IMG/VR virus record: IMGVR_UViG_3300048074_000027
Coordinates: 676 to 64,675 of that record
Direction: 5' to 3' (one strand)
Source of the DNA: a virus
DNA length: 64,000 bases
The notes under the pieces are model-generated. The model ran no database searches. It was given only the letters and a program-made list of their open reading frames with translations, and was not told the origin of the DNA. The stretch's first letter is position 1. Every line of letters starts with the position of its first letter. Shown here piece by piece: positions 38,733 to 48,795 of this stretch. The translations under genes and the position numbers were made by a program.

Positions 38733-38822
38733 TCAATTTCAAAACGTCCGCTACGGTAACAAGTCCATCAGTCACCGTAGCGGGATGGAGTAAACTAAGC
38801 AGCAACCAGTGTTGCAATCGCC

Positions 38823-39095
38823 TTATAGCACAAGACTTTCAGCTTTGCTAGTGCATTCGCGCCGCGCAGATGGCCCCCAGCGGTTCACCGCGCCGCAACC
38901 GCCCGTTGCCTTTCGGCACGTAAACACTACCGGCCCCAGAAATTCAGCTTCGCCGATGAACAATTGCGTATTCGCCGCGTCCATTTCGCCAAGCGGCTTC
39001 CCGCATCCACAACAGCATTTCGGCTGAAGCTGTAGCGCGGCGCGGGCGTCAGGATCGGCAAGCATTATCATTGTGCGACGTGGGGAATAGCTCAT
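38823..39095 (-). CDS. Zinc-ribbon protein, Mu Com-like
   Basis: KCCCGCGKPL...FTCRKATGGCGAVN. Confidence 0.55.
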   Translation of the reverse strand: MSYSPRRTMIMLADPDARAALQLQPKCCCGCGKPLGEMDAANTQLFIGEAEFLGPVVFTCRKATGGCGAVNRWGPSARRECTSKAESLVL

Positions 39096-39240
39096 AAGCT
39101 CAGTGCGTCCTGATAGTCAATTGCCGGTCAATACGATCTTCGGTTGCAATGCGCGCTGCCTGCCATACGCAGATGCAAAACAGGCCGAAGCTACAGAGCG
39201 ATGCGATTAAAAGTGCTGTCATAATTGACTCCCATTCGGA

Positions 39241-39426
39241 CTAATCTAATAAAACAATTTGCTTTGATTCTTCAATTATTTCAATGTTCGGCATAAGCTC
39301 TCTGAACAAATAAATAGCATTACATAGTAATTGAGTTGCAATTGCTCGATTTGGCGCGCAGCACAACTCATCCACAACAACTCCATCTAATGTTTCAAAT
39401 TTAATCCTGTAACGCTTATTTTCCAT
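39241..39426 (-). CDS. Small AT-rich hypothetical protein
   Basis: Overlaps the portal stop codon. Confidence 0.5.
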   Translation of the reverse strand: MENKRYRIKFETLDGVVVDELCCAPNRAIATQLLCNAIYLFRELMPNIEIIEESKQIVLLD

Positions 39427-40912
39427 TTTGACTCGCGGGAACGTCTGGCGGTTGGCCCGTTACAGGCTGCGGCATCAATTCCATTTTCGCTTTCTTCTCT
39501 TCCATCACCTTCGCCATTTCCGCCACAAACTTCTTATCCGTGAATTCGTTTTCCACAAGTAAATCGTGAACAGACTCATCCGAAAGCGGCAAGCCTTTTT
39601 CGCGTGCGCTTTGCAAGTCAAGGAATTCAGCGGGCGTCATTCCCGCTTCGACAAATTCCGTGTTCGGGAAGACATTGACCTTTGCCGGGTCTGCGCCCAT
39701 CCATTCCGCAATAATGCGAAGCATTGATTGAAGCCCTTCGCCGCCTGTCAGTGCAATCTGTTTCAGCGTAACCGTCTGCGCTGCTACTCGCACTTTCAAG
39801 GCTTCGCCGGATTCCTTTTGCCGCGACGACGTATCCAGCATTTGCCCGGCAATCTCTTTCGCTTCGTTTCGGTCATTTTCGAGCGCTTGGCGTTGCTCCG
39901 GCAATCCGGCTGAGTTTGTGCCGATGAATTCCGTTGGGTTGGCAGCGTCCAATGGCGGACAAATCGTCGCGCCGTAGCCGATGCGGTAGGTTGTTTCAGG
40001 ATCGCCGCCTGGAACGACTAATGTATCCTGCGATTGCGCGAATAGCCCTTGCCTATAATCCGCTTCGCCTCGATAGATCGTCAAGCACAAGTCCGCCAAT
40101 TCATCCATCGGCGGCATTTGTGGGCAGGGTACAAGGTCAGTCGCGTTGATAAACACGAACGGAATTTTATTGAGCGTCTTGCCGCGCAGCTTCGGCTCCA
40201 TCAATCCGTTTTCATCAAATCCGTTCGCATCCAAGAATACGCCTTGCCTGTAAACGCCCATCGGTTCCGCTGCCGTCACGTCACCAATGACCAGCACGCG
40301 ATATTTGATGACTTCAACCCATTCAAAGTTGGCGTTCATTACCTTTTCCGTTTCATTCAAAACGACAAGGTTCAATGACTGGATAACCGGATTCCCGCGC
40401 TGGCCATCGTTCCAATTCGTAATGGTCTCAGCGGAATAAAGCGCAATCGCGGGCATAGACTCAAGCGTCTTACCTTTCGGCATGTCGCTCATCAATCCGA
40501 CTCTGCCAACCGTCAACTGCTCTGCGTTAATGCGACGAAGCAGCAAGGACAAGGATTCGCCGGATGTGCTGGCGAGCGTTCGCAGCGGTTCCATCGCAGG
40601 CGGCAATTCAATCACGGCGGCTTGGCTGTGCATCGCGCCAACCATCTGTTCGACAGCACGTTTGACGTAATTTGGGAACCGCGCACGCTTTTTGTAAGCG
40701 AGGTAGTTCTTGTAGCCGTCTTGGTGTGTCAGCATCCCGTCAATCAATTGGCCGGGCGTGGCGGGCAAATAACACCGAGCCTTTGTTGAGTCGCCCGTGT
40801 CTACAGCCTTAATCCACGCTTCGCCCTTGTAGCAGTCGCGGAGCTTTTGCCACGTTTCGGCCATATCTGTGTATTGTGGATGCCTTGAGTCTAAAGCCAT
40901 TCTTTTATCCAA
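39416..40912 (-). CDS. Portal protein (DUF4055-like)
   Basis: HPQY...W...RDCYKGE...YLP...AYKKRARF; directly after terminase. Confidence 0.9.
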   Translation of the reverse strand: MDKRMALDSRHPQYTDMAETWQKLRDCYKGEAWIKAVDTGDSTKARCYLPATPGQLIDGMLTHQDGYKNYLAYKKRARFPNYVKRAVEQMVGAMHSQAAVIELPPAMEPLRTLASTSGESLSLLLRRINAEQLTVGRVGLMSDMPKGKTLESMPAIALYSAETITNWNDGQRGNPVIQSLNLVVLNETEKVMNANFEWVEVIKYRVLVIGDVTAAEPMGVYRQGVFLDANGFDENGLMEPKLRGKTLNKIPFVFINATDLVPCPQMPPMDELADLCLTIYRGEADYRQGLFAQSQDTLVVPGGDPETTYRIGYGATICPPLDAANPTEFIGTNSAGLPEQRQALENDRNEAKEIAGQMLDTSSRQKESGEALKVRVAAQTVTLKQIALTGGEGLQSMLRIIAEWMGADPAKVNVFPNTEFVEAGMTPAEFLDLQSAREKGLPLSDESVHDLLVENEFTDKKFVAEMAKVMEEKKAKMELMPQPVTGQPPDVPASQNGK

Positions 40913-42305
40913 TGCCTGCGGAGCGGCCTGAGTGAACCTTTGGTGGTCGCGGAGCCATCAGCCTATATCGTGTCAAATCGCCTAAGTGATCTTCCGCGTC
41001 CGTGTCTACATCATCCCGCTTTTTCTTGTCACGCGGCAATGAGGGGACAGTGCGAATCCATTGTAGGCAAGGATCAAAGATAAACAAACCGGATTCTTCC
41101 ATCGGCGTTCCCGTTGCCGCTTTCAGGTATCGGCGGATGCGCTCCCATCCAATCTTTCGACTGCCCGGCGACTTATCAGCCTCAAGCCATTTGATGCCCA
41201 CCTTTGCCATATCATCGGCGATGCTGACGCCATTCTCCGCGTCAAAGATGGAACTGTCAGCACATCCCGGCTGCACTTTGAACGGCATCTCAATTTCACG
41301 ATCTTTAATGCCGCGTGCAATCTCAATGGCCAGCATCTTGCAGCCCTCGTTTGGCCGTCCGTTCCATCCGTACCACTCATCAATCAGAAACACTGAGCCA
41401 CGCGGATAATGCCTTCCGTTGGGCGCTTGCGTGCCGTCGCTTTCTGCCCACCACGCGACACCAAAGGGCTTGGATGATCCCCAATCAAATGTGCGGTCAA
41501 CTTTCCAGCTTTTCGGAATGTCAAATGGGTCAATGACGTGAATCGAACGACGCCACAAATCATCCAGCATTCCGCCCGCTACGATATTCCAATCGCCCCA
41601 ACGCCAAGCTTTCTCTAACGCCTCATCGCCAGCGGTTGCCGCCTTGACGCGCTTCCAGTAGTCAGGATCATTTTTCAGTAGCGCCGGATTGTCGTCCAGT
41701 GTCGAGGGGATGAAAACGCGCCACGTCTCAGCCTCTTTGTCATAGAACGGACTAAGCGGCGGGGCAGGGTCAATGTATCGCGCCTTTACCCAGTTGTGGC
41801 CAACGCCACCCGGATTCCCAGATGCCCGGAAACTCTTATCAATTGGCGCATCGCCGGAACGAAGGCAAGCGCGGAGCTTGTCTATCGGTTTCGGGTCTGG
41901 CCAGTTCGTAAGCTCATCAAAGGCCATCCAGGTATAGGCGTGTCCCTGATACCTGTCCGCATCAGCGTCCCTGTCCAAATACCGAAGCTTGAGCGTTGAA
42001 CCATTTGCAAAGAACCATGTGCGCTTTCCGCTGTTATAGACGCCGCCAACAGCGGGGAAGATGCGGCTCGCTCTATCCTGAACTTCGTCAAGTTCGTCAT
42101 ACGTCCGGCGAAAGAAAATCCCGCGTGCATTTTCGCCGTGCAGGTCAGAGTGACTAAGCCAGTCGCCAAGCAAGCCGTAAGTCTTACCGCCGCCGCGTGC
42201 GCCGCCATAGAAAACATCTTCAATCGGGCAGCTAATCAGCGAAGTTTGCGGCCCCGATTGCGCCTCAAATACTATTCGCTTTGTGCCTTTTGCAGACGTT
42301 CCCAT
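40905..42305 (-). CDS. terL: Terminase large subunit
   Basis: Walker A YGGARGGGKT, Walker B AFDE, SGNPGG, FDWG, DHLGDLTRY. Confidence 0.95.
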   Translation of the reverse strand: MGTSAKGTKRIVFEAQSGPQTSLISCPIEDVFYGGARGGGKTYGLLGDWLSHSDLHGENARGIFFRRTYDELDEVQDRASRIFPAVGGVYNSGKRTWFFANGSTLKLRYLDRDADADRYQGHAYTWMAFDELTNWPDPKPIDKLRACLRSGDAPIDKSFRASGNPGGVGHNWVKARYIDPAPPLSPFYDKEAETWRVFIPSTLDDNPALLKNDPDYWKRVKAATAGDEALEKAWRWGDWNIVAGGMLDDLWRRSIHVIDPFDIPKSWKVDRTFDWGSSKPFGVAWWAESDGTQAPNGRHYPRGSVFLIDEWYGWNGRPNEGCKMLAIEIARGIKDREIEMPFKVQPGCADSSIFDAENGVSIADDMAKVGIKWLEADKSPGSRKIGWERIRRYLKAATGTPMEESGLFIFDPCLQWIRTVPSLPRDKKKRDDVDTDAEDHLGDLTRYRLMAPRPPKVHSGRSAGIG

Positions 42306-42586
42306 TCTTCCCGGCTTTGCGCTTTCACAGGCACACGAATAATCGAGTGCTGTAATTCGCCTTCAATGGCTACGGTTTCTTTCGGCTTGCCGAACGTGTA
42401 GGCCATCAGTATCTTAATTGCTTCAAGGTTGCCCGCATTCGCGAGGGAAGCAAGTTTCTTGATTGTCTTTTTGCGACTATCAACCGTCCAGCACTCATCA
42501 AGCAGCGCGGTCAAACCAAGTTCTTCGGCTTTCGACTTTCGCCCGCTTCGACCTTTTACTCCGCCTTTTCCTTTTACTCCGGCCAT
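42272..42586 (-). CDS. terS: Terminase small subunit
   Basis: GRSGRKSK, AIKILMAYTFGKPK; upstream of terL. Confidence 0.75.
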   Translation of the reverse strand: MAGVKGKGGVKGRSGRKSKAEELGLTALLDECWTVDSRKKTIKKLASLANAGNLEAIKILMAYTFGKPKETVAIEGELQHSIIRVPVKAQSREEWERLQKAQSE

Positions 42587-42609
42587 TATGTTTTCTAATG
42601 TTTTATAAC

Positions 42610-42969
42610 TTAAACTGAGGCATCAGTTACGCCCTTGCGCCAAATCACTTCCCCATCGGGAATGATTGTCGCCGGGTTGCCGCCGCTGTCAATCGCCTGC
42701 ACATCCCAATAATACCGCTTGCCCGCTGTGAACAGGGCAGTGTCCGTTTTCGACAGCGTGAAGCTAAAGACGACGGAGGTTGTGCCTGTAAAGCTTGTCG
42801 TGGTTTTCTGCACAATTGCCGCCGCGTCGAGGTCGCTCAGGCTGCGCTTAAAGGTCAGCCAAGCCTTTGACAATGTAATGCCAGCGGGAACTGTTGCCGT
42901 CACGCTCACAGGTACGGCATCGCCGGTTATCGGGTCTAATCCGTCACTGCGTTTGAGTTCCGTCGCCAT
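42610..42969 (-). CDS. BppU-N-like beta-sandwich structural protein
   Basis: FTLSKTDT...YYWDVQ...G pattern. Confidence 0.6.
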   Translation of the reverse strand: MATELKRSDGLDPITGDAVPVSVTATVPAGITLSKAWLTFKRSLSDLDAAAIVQKTTTSFTGTTSVVFSFTLSKTDTALFTAGKRYYWDVQAIDSGGNPATIIPDGEVIWRKGVTDASV

Positions 42970-43288
42970 TTAGCACTCCAAGTTGACAGCAAAGCTATAC
43001 GTTGGCCATTCGCCGATTACGCAAATCGGCACAATCAGCGGTGTGACTTCGACAGCCGAAGCCGCTGCGCCGCCGCCGAATAGCGCATTGCCAAACAGAA
43101 AACCGCCGAATAATGCTTCCTCTTCGCCGCCCATTTAATCACCAAGCTCCGTTACTTTCTCAACCAAGACTTCCAAGTATTCGCCGCAACATTCCGGTTG
43201 ATCGTCAAATTCGTCGTAACATTTCAGGAAAGACCGCGCGGCTTCGGCGATTTCTTTGACCTTTGCTTTTTCGTCTTCCGGTGTCATT
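42970..43288 (-). CDS. Two very small ORFs (42970..43134, ~43136..43288), absent from ORF track
   Basis: Fill the gap exactly with abutting starts and stops. Confidence 0.45.
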
Positions 43289-43758
43289 TATGCCGCCTTT
43301 ACTTTCTTCTTTCGAGTAATCTGCGTCACCTTTTCCGTTTTCGGTTGCGCTTCCGTTTCAGGTTCGCCAATCAGCCAGCCAAGCGAAAACAAATCCGCCG
43401 TGCTGATTTCCGCCTTGCCAAGTTCCTCAATTGTCAGCATTCGGCAACCGTCCAGCGTGATTTCCTCTTTCAAGAGTTCCGTGAATTCGCGGCTGAAGTC
43501 TACCATCTTCGCTACCGGAACCTTCCATTGTTCCGGTTCATCTTCTGTGCTCGTTTTCTCGCCAAGCCGCTTGATAAGCTCCGTGCGCAGGTCTTCCGTG
43601 CGCTGATATTCCTTGTCCGCCGCTTCGATTGCGCGCTTCAGGTCGTAAGCAACGGGCAAGGGCAGGGATTGAGTCGCCAAGCGGTCAATCGGATTGGGCG
43701 TTTCTGGCGTCAAACGCTCAAAGGTGTTGCGAATTTCTTGCAATGTTGTCGTAATCAT
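43288..43758 (-). CDS. Hypothetical protein, possibly fibre-associated chaperone
   Basis: FTELLKEEI...LFSLGWLI pattern. Confidence 0.6.
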   Translation of the reverse strand: MITTTLQEIRNTFERLTPETPNPIDRLATQSLPLPVAYDLKRAIEAADKEYQRTEDLRTELIKRLGEKTSTEDEPEQWKVPVAKMVDFSREFTELLKEEITLDGCRMLTIEELGKAEISTADLFSLGWLIGEPETEAQPKTEKVTQITRKKKVKAA

Positions 43759-43779
43759 TTTTTGAGGGTTTCCTTTTTG

Positions 43780-44082
43780 TTATGGTAAGTCAGTCAAAAC
43801 CGGCGCGACGATCTTCTTTTGTTCTGTCCGCTCCCGGCTTTGTCTGACGGTTTCACGAATCAGATATTGAAGCTCTTGATTGAAAAATGCCTGCTTGGTC
43901 GGCCTTGTCCCTGCGTCCATCGCTTCCCATCCGTACACGTCCGCAAAAGCGTCAATCACGGCGTCTTTCGCGGCGTTGTCACGAAAGACAATCAGCGTGG
44001 CGCGTGGATAAACAGTTGCATCAGAGTCAACAGAGTTGTTGCCTTGCCGAACGTCGAATAACTTTGTTGGTATTGCTGGCAT
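43780..44082 (-). CDS. Hypothetical protein downstream of the fibre-like gene
   Basis: AGGGG RBS. Confidence 0.55.
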   Translation of the reverse strand: MPAIPTKLFDVRQGNNSVDSDATVYPRATLIVFRDNAAKDAVIDAFADVYGWEAMDAGTRPTKQAFFNQELQYLIRETVRQSRERTEQKKIVAPVLTDLP

Positions 44083-44097
44083 AAATCCCCTTTGTAG

Positions 44098-47000
44098 TTA
44101 CCCGTAAATCCAGTTCGTGCCATCGCTGTAGACAGGCACTTGATTTGAGCCGCCGCCCGCTACCGTCGTTCCAAGTCCTAAAATCAGCGTCGTACTGGCG
44201 TCTGTCACAAAAGCAATCGCGCCTGCGCCCGACGCGGACGCGCTTGGCAATGCGGCAACCGTGTAACTCGTCAGTACAGCGGTTCCGTTTTTAACCGTCA
44301 ATCCTGTCGTCTGTGTTTGCGCGCCCGTTCCACTCGCCACGGCAATCGGGCTTTGTAGAATCAAGCTTGAGATTGTGCCGGTTCCGGTTCCCGTGCCGGA
44401 TTGAATCGTCATCGTCGCGCCGCCGACATTTGAATCCGTGCCAGCGCGTGATCCTTGCGTGCTGATTTTCTGATTGACAGGCGATGCAGCATTCGCCGCG
44501 CCGTGGGCAATATCTGCCGCTCCATTGCGGCGGAGAATTAAGTCTGTAGACCATTGCAGCGTTGATCCGCTGACTAAAGTAGCCGCCGAGTTGGCAACTA
44601 GCAGATTGCTGGAAAGCGTAACGCCAGCCGCGCTATTAATCACTACGCCAGTATATGCGCCGTTTGCACTTTGGAAAGAAACAGACGTAGGAGTCGCAAC
44701 TAAGTTGCCGCCGCTGGTCATTTGCCAGACGTTCGAGTATCCACCCGCGTTTATCTGGCTGGCGAATGCTAAATTGGCAGATGGATTTGCTGATCCCTGA
44801 ACCGGCAATACATACGCTCGCCAGTTGACCGTCTGACTTGCCGCCGTCGCCGTCGTTTTCCAGCCTTGCGCCGTCCAGACCAAATCAGGCGAAATCTGCT
44901 GCGCGCCCGCCGCCGCTGCCGTGTTGTTGATTAACTCAAGTCCTGTTGCGTTCGTGACGCCAAGCGAATTGCGCGTAACGATTGCGCTGGTCGTAATGGC
45001 GGGTGTCGTCAGTTCCGCGCTTGTGGCAATCAGATTGCCGCTCCCAAAAGTAACATTCGTTCCGTCTGACGTCGCGCCGCTGATGCCGCCAAATGCCCCG
45101 GCGTTGTTGCGCTGAAGCTGCGTATTCGACCCGCCCGGCGAACCACCACCGCCCGCCGCCCAACTGAGCACGCCATCACCCGCCGCGTCTGTCAGCACAG
45201 TACCCGCCGCGCCCACTGCTGGCGGCAGCGAATACGTAATGCTTGCGCTCTGTGCCACGGCCTTGAATGCGCTGTAATTCGTTCCTGAGCCTGACGGTTC
45301 CAGAAAACGAAACTCTGCCGCTGTCGCGCCGCCACCGAAGTTAAGCACGGTTGCGGACGCTCCCACGTTGATCGTGGTTGCCGCGCCAAACGCATTTACG
45401 GTCGTTGCTGTGGTGTTGACAAGCGCAAATATTGTTGAAGGTGTCGTCAGTTCCGTTGTGACCGCAAATCCGCCCGTTGCGCTGGCGACGGTGATGTTGG
45501 CCGTGCCGTCAAACGAAACGCCGCCAATCGTGCGCGCTGTCTGTAAGGCGGTTGCCGTACCAGCATTGCCACTCACGGATGTCTGGTCGCCGGTATTCGT
45601 GCCGCTATGTGTGCCGCCGTTCAGTGTGGCATTGCCGCCGAGCGTGAGCGTGCGGTCCGCGTCGCCAACCACGAGCGTGAGCGTTCGACCAGCGGTAAGC
45701 GTTTCATTGCTCGCAAGCGTCAGGTCGAAAGCGCCCGTGCCTGCGTTGCGCAGGCTAAAAGCGGTAAGCGCGGTAACGCTGCCGCCCGCAATGGTTGGCG
45801 CAGTCCCAAACACAAGCGCACCGCTCCCGGTTTCGCCGGTCACAGCAGCCGCGAGATTCGCGCTTGATGGCGTGGCCAGGAATGTGGCAACATTCGCACC
45901 AAGCCCACTGACACCGGACGCAATTGGCAACCCGGTCGCGTTGGTAAGAGTACCACTGGACGGCGTACCCAATGCACCGCCATTCACGACGAATGCGCCA
46001 ACGCTGCCTACGTTGACAGCCAAAGCAGTCGCAACGCCGGTTCCTAAGCCTGAAATTGCCGTAGCAATAGCAATCTGTCCGCCGCCCGCCGCATTCGTGT
46101 GATCGTGCGTGGCATTCGTAAAACTGCCGATTGTTGGCGTCGTCAGTGTTTTATTTGTCAGGGTTTGCGTGTGCGCTTCAAAAACAAACGTGTCGCCTGC
46201 GCCAAGCAAGGGCAAGGTAACAGTACGATCTGCCGCTAGCTCACTGACCGCAAAAATATATTGATGGTCAGCCGATGTGTCATTTATTTGCGGCGTCGTC
46301 AGCACGGGCGAATCATTAAACACAGCCAGACCGCCGCCAGTCTCATCACTCAGCACGCCGCGCAGTTGCGCGCTTGTTGTAGCCGCGAATTGACTCAGCG
46401 GGTTGCTTGTGAGCGCATCACCGCCGCCCGGTATCGCCTGCCAGGAACCATCATCGCGCAGATACTTCGTTCCGTCCGGCGTTCCTGTAATCGAGAGCTT
46501 GCTGATTGCGATTGATCCGGCAAGCTGGCCATTTGTAATGCCCGCCGTTGCGGAAAGCTCTACCGTGGTGATGCCGGAAAGCCGGGCAAGTGGCACGGTT
46601 CCTGCGCTCAAGTCTGACGCACTGCCGGATGTGGCAATCGTAGCAAGGCCAAAGTCGGTTTTGACCTGTGCGATGGTTCGATTCGTCCAAACGCCAGCCT
46701 TGCGTTGGATGATGTCGTCATTTGACGGCGCGAGCGCGGCAATTGCGGACAGGTCAGCATCAAGCGGCTGATACGTTCCGCTCAAGTCCGGGATGTCTCC
46801 GGTTGCCAGAACGCGCCACAGCGAGGTTCCCGCCGTCGTGTTACCCACGAGAAACTTGCCAACCGTTGGCGTTGAAGCGCCGATGCCGACTTTTGTTTGC
46901 AGCGCAATCTGGCTTGCGTTTGGCGTGGTCAGATGCGCCGCCACTAACCGCAATCGAACATAAACCGTACCCGTTGACCAATCCTGCGGGTCAGACGCAA

Positions 47001-47268
47001 ACGCGCCACGCCCGCCGCTGGCAACGGTAAAGTTATTGCCAGATTTCGCGGAGTAAATAATATCTTCGGTTTTTGTTGGCGAGGTCAGACTGTCGGTGAG
47101 CGTGACGCATCCATCGGCGGGGAATAGCGTCCCACTGGTCAGCGTAAAAGCAGTGTCGTCAATATCGATCCCGGCTGAGAGGGTAGAGAAGGCACGATCC
47201 GCAGTGCCGCCGAAAGATGTTGTGTCGTCTAGCGATGTCGGATAATTCGATACAAACGGTGTGCTCAA
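44098..47268 (-). CDS. Large Gly/Ala/Thr-rich fibre-like virion protein (1056 aa)
   Basis: TQTLTNKTLT, LGTPSSGTLTNATGLP, ALVFGTAPT, VYSDGTNW motifs typical of phage fibres. Confidence 0.75.
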   Translation of the reverse strand: MSTPFVSNYPTSLDDTTSFGGTADRAFSTLSAGIDIDDTAFTLTSGTLFPADGCVTLTDSLTSPTKTEDIIYSAKSGNNFTVASGGRGAFASDPQDWSTGTVYVRLRLVAAHLTTPNASQIALQTKVGIGASTPTVGKFLVGNTTAGTSLWRVLATGDIPDLSGTYQPLDADLSAIAALAPSNDDIIQRKAGVWTNRTIAQVKTDFGLATIATSGSASDLSAGTVPLARLSGITTVELSATAGITNGQLAGSIAISKLSITGTPDGTKYLRDDGSWQAIPGGGDALTSNPLSQFAATTSAQLRGVLSDETGGGLAVFNDSPVLTTPQINDTSADHQYIFAVSELAADRTVTLPLLGAGDTFVFEAHTQTLTNKTLTTPTIGSFTNATHDHTNAAGGGQIAIATAISGLGTGVATALAVNVGSVGAFVVNGGALGTPSSGTLTNATGLPIASGVSGLGANVATFLATPSSANLAAAVTGETGSGALVFGTAPTIAGGSVTALTAFSLRNAGTGAFDLTLASNETLTAGRTLTLVVGDADRTLTLGGNATLNGGTHSGTNTGDQTSVSGNAGTATALQTARTIGGVSFDGTANITVASATGGFAVTTELTTPSTIFALVNTTATTVNAFGAATTINVGASATVLNFGGGATAAEFRFLEPSGSGTNYSAFKAVAQSASITYSLPPAVGAAGTVLTDAAGDGVLSWAAGGGGSPGGSNTQLQRNNAGAFGGISGATSDGTNVTFGSGNLIATSAELTTPAITTSAIVTRNSLGVTNATGLELINNTAAAAGAQQISPDLVWTAQGWKTTATAASQTVNWRAYVLPVQGSANPSANLAFASQINAGGYSNVWQMTSGGNLVATPTSVSFQSANGAYTGVVINSAAGVTLSSNLLVANSAATLVSGSTLQWSTDLILRRNGAADIAHGAANAASPVNQKISTQGSRAGTDSNVGGATMTIQSGTGTGTGTISSLILQSPIAVASGTGAQTQTTGLTVKNGTAVLTSYTVAALPSASASGAGAIAFVTDASTTLILGLGTTVAGGGSNQVPVYSDGTNWIYG

Positions 47269-47272
47269 GTGT

Positions 47273-47334
47273 AATAGCCTCGCCGGTTAGAATTTAAGCG
47301 AGGCTATTGTATGCAAGAAATGCAAAACAGCAAA
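47273..47334 (-). promoter_or_regulatory. Promoter (TACAAT at 47311-47306) overlapping an 11-bp hairpin that sequesters the SD of the 47268 gene
   Basis: AATAGCCTCGC / GCGAGGCTATT perfect stem; GAGG 9 nt before TTG. Confidence 0.55.
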
Positions 47335-47357
47335 CCAAAATTGACGGCGGGCGAAAA

Positions 47358-47942
47358 TCAGGATTCATCTGGCACAATTGGCCCTTGCCATTCTGCGTAA
47401 TCAATTTCATCTATCGGATAATCGGACTTGTCCGACCGAACAACGAGCGAGCCATCTATTTGGCGATGCACGCGGCAAATAATCGGCGGGGCTTTGATTC
47501 GCGCAAACTCTCTCGCCCAATACCAGCCCGGCTCTTTCGGCTTCTCTTTTGTCCATTCCATAATCTATAATCTCCACCAACTGGCAGCAAAGAACTGTGA
47601 GGTACGCTGCCGATGGCCGCTCTGTAATGGGGCGGCTTTTTGCTAGCCGCTGACTGCGTAACGCTTCGGCTCCGGCATCTCAGCCAGTTCCACCATTTTC
47701 AAACTTACACCGTGGCTCATTATATTCAATAGATAAAGCTTGTCCGCGTCTTTTACGGCAACGTCGCGGTTTTCAAGTTGCTTGTCCCTGTCGAGCGCAC
47801 GCAATGCTAAATCCGCCGTTTCGCGTTCTTTCACTTTTCGACTTAGTTCGTTTTTAGCGCTTTCAAGTTTACGCTCAGCATCTTTTTCCGCTTTGAGCGC
47901 GTTGATATAAGCAATCGCTAGCGGTTTAGGGTCAACTCTCAT
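47358..47942 (-). CDS. Two hypothetical genes (47358..47561, 47643..47942)
   Basis: WTKEKPKEPGWYW motif common in small phage proteins. Confidence 0.6.
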
Positions 47943-47945
47943 CTC

Positions 47946-48536
47946 TTACTCCTTCGGCGCGACAAACAGCGCCTTGTCGACGTAATCCAGTATCCGTGTC
48001 GTCTCCGTCACCATCCCGCCACGAACGGCGCGCACGTGCATCAATGGCCAAAATTCCGGCGCAATCCAATGTTCGCCCGCTTCGTCAATCACAACGGCAA
48101 CCGTGCGGCCCCGGTATTGGTCGAAGCGCTGAAAGCCGGGGCGCGACTGCCACGTTGACGGCAATTGAAGCGAGGCAGGGCGACGAAGCAATTGACCTGC
48201 CTCGCGTACCTTAACCATCCGCTCAGGGTTGCTTGCATCCTCGTTGTTCTTCCATCCGCCTTCTGTAGTCAACAAGCTGACGAATGTGTTGCCGGTTACG
48301 ACTTTCGTGTAATGATAATAGTGCTGCCCGTGATCGTGCGCGGTTAGCTCCATCGCAATCAGGTTGCCGGATGCGTCTCGCGTTTCCTGTTCGACCGTGA
48401 ACACGTCGCTAAGCGTAAAGCTTGTCGGCACAGAAACCGGCGGCGGATTCTTTGCGGTTGCGGTGCGATTGCCGATGTATGTGCCTGTGATGACGACGAT
48501 GGCGAGCGCGAGAAAGGCGAAGAGTATGTTTTTCAT
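47946..48536 (-). CDS. Secreted or periplasmic beta-rich protein
   Basis: Signal peptide MKNILFAFLALAIVVITG. Confidence 0.65.
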   Translation of the reverse strand: MKNILFAFLALAIVVITGTYIGNRTATAKNPPPVSVPTSFTLSDVFTVEQETRDASGNLIAMELTAHDHGQHYYHYTKVVTGNTFVSLLTTEGGWKNNEDASNPERMVKVREAGQLLRRPASLQLPSTWQSRPGFQRFDQYRGRTVAVVIDEAGEHWIAPEFWPLMHVRAVRGGMVTETTRILDYVDKALFVAPKE

Positions 48537-48795
48537 TTGGTTTTGTCCTTTGTTTACGGTTCTACGGTTTCGCATTTTTCAAAGTCAATTGACCCTGACA
48601 TCTGCTCAATTGTTACCGGATCGTGCTTCCTGATCCGCTTGATTCGTACTCCATTGTTTACAACTGTTGCTTCGAACTCATCAATATCAAAAGAAAGAAG
48701 CAAGTCTCGGTTGTCGGCCATCAGATGTAGCGGGTAATCCCGCACCCAAAGCGTTATAGAATTATTTGTCTCAGGCTGAATTAAAAAGCTTTTCA

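Noticed and set aside
16366-47030. Many plus-strand ORFs overlapping the structural genes (for example 18294..18839, 24250..24963, 35376..36095, 45368..46102)
   Set aside because: Antisense shadows of GC-rich genes with no RBS or recognisable motifs.
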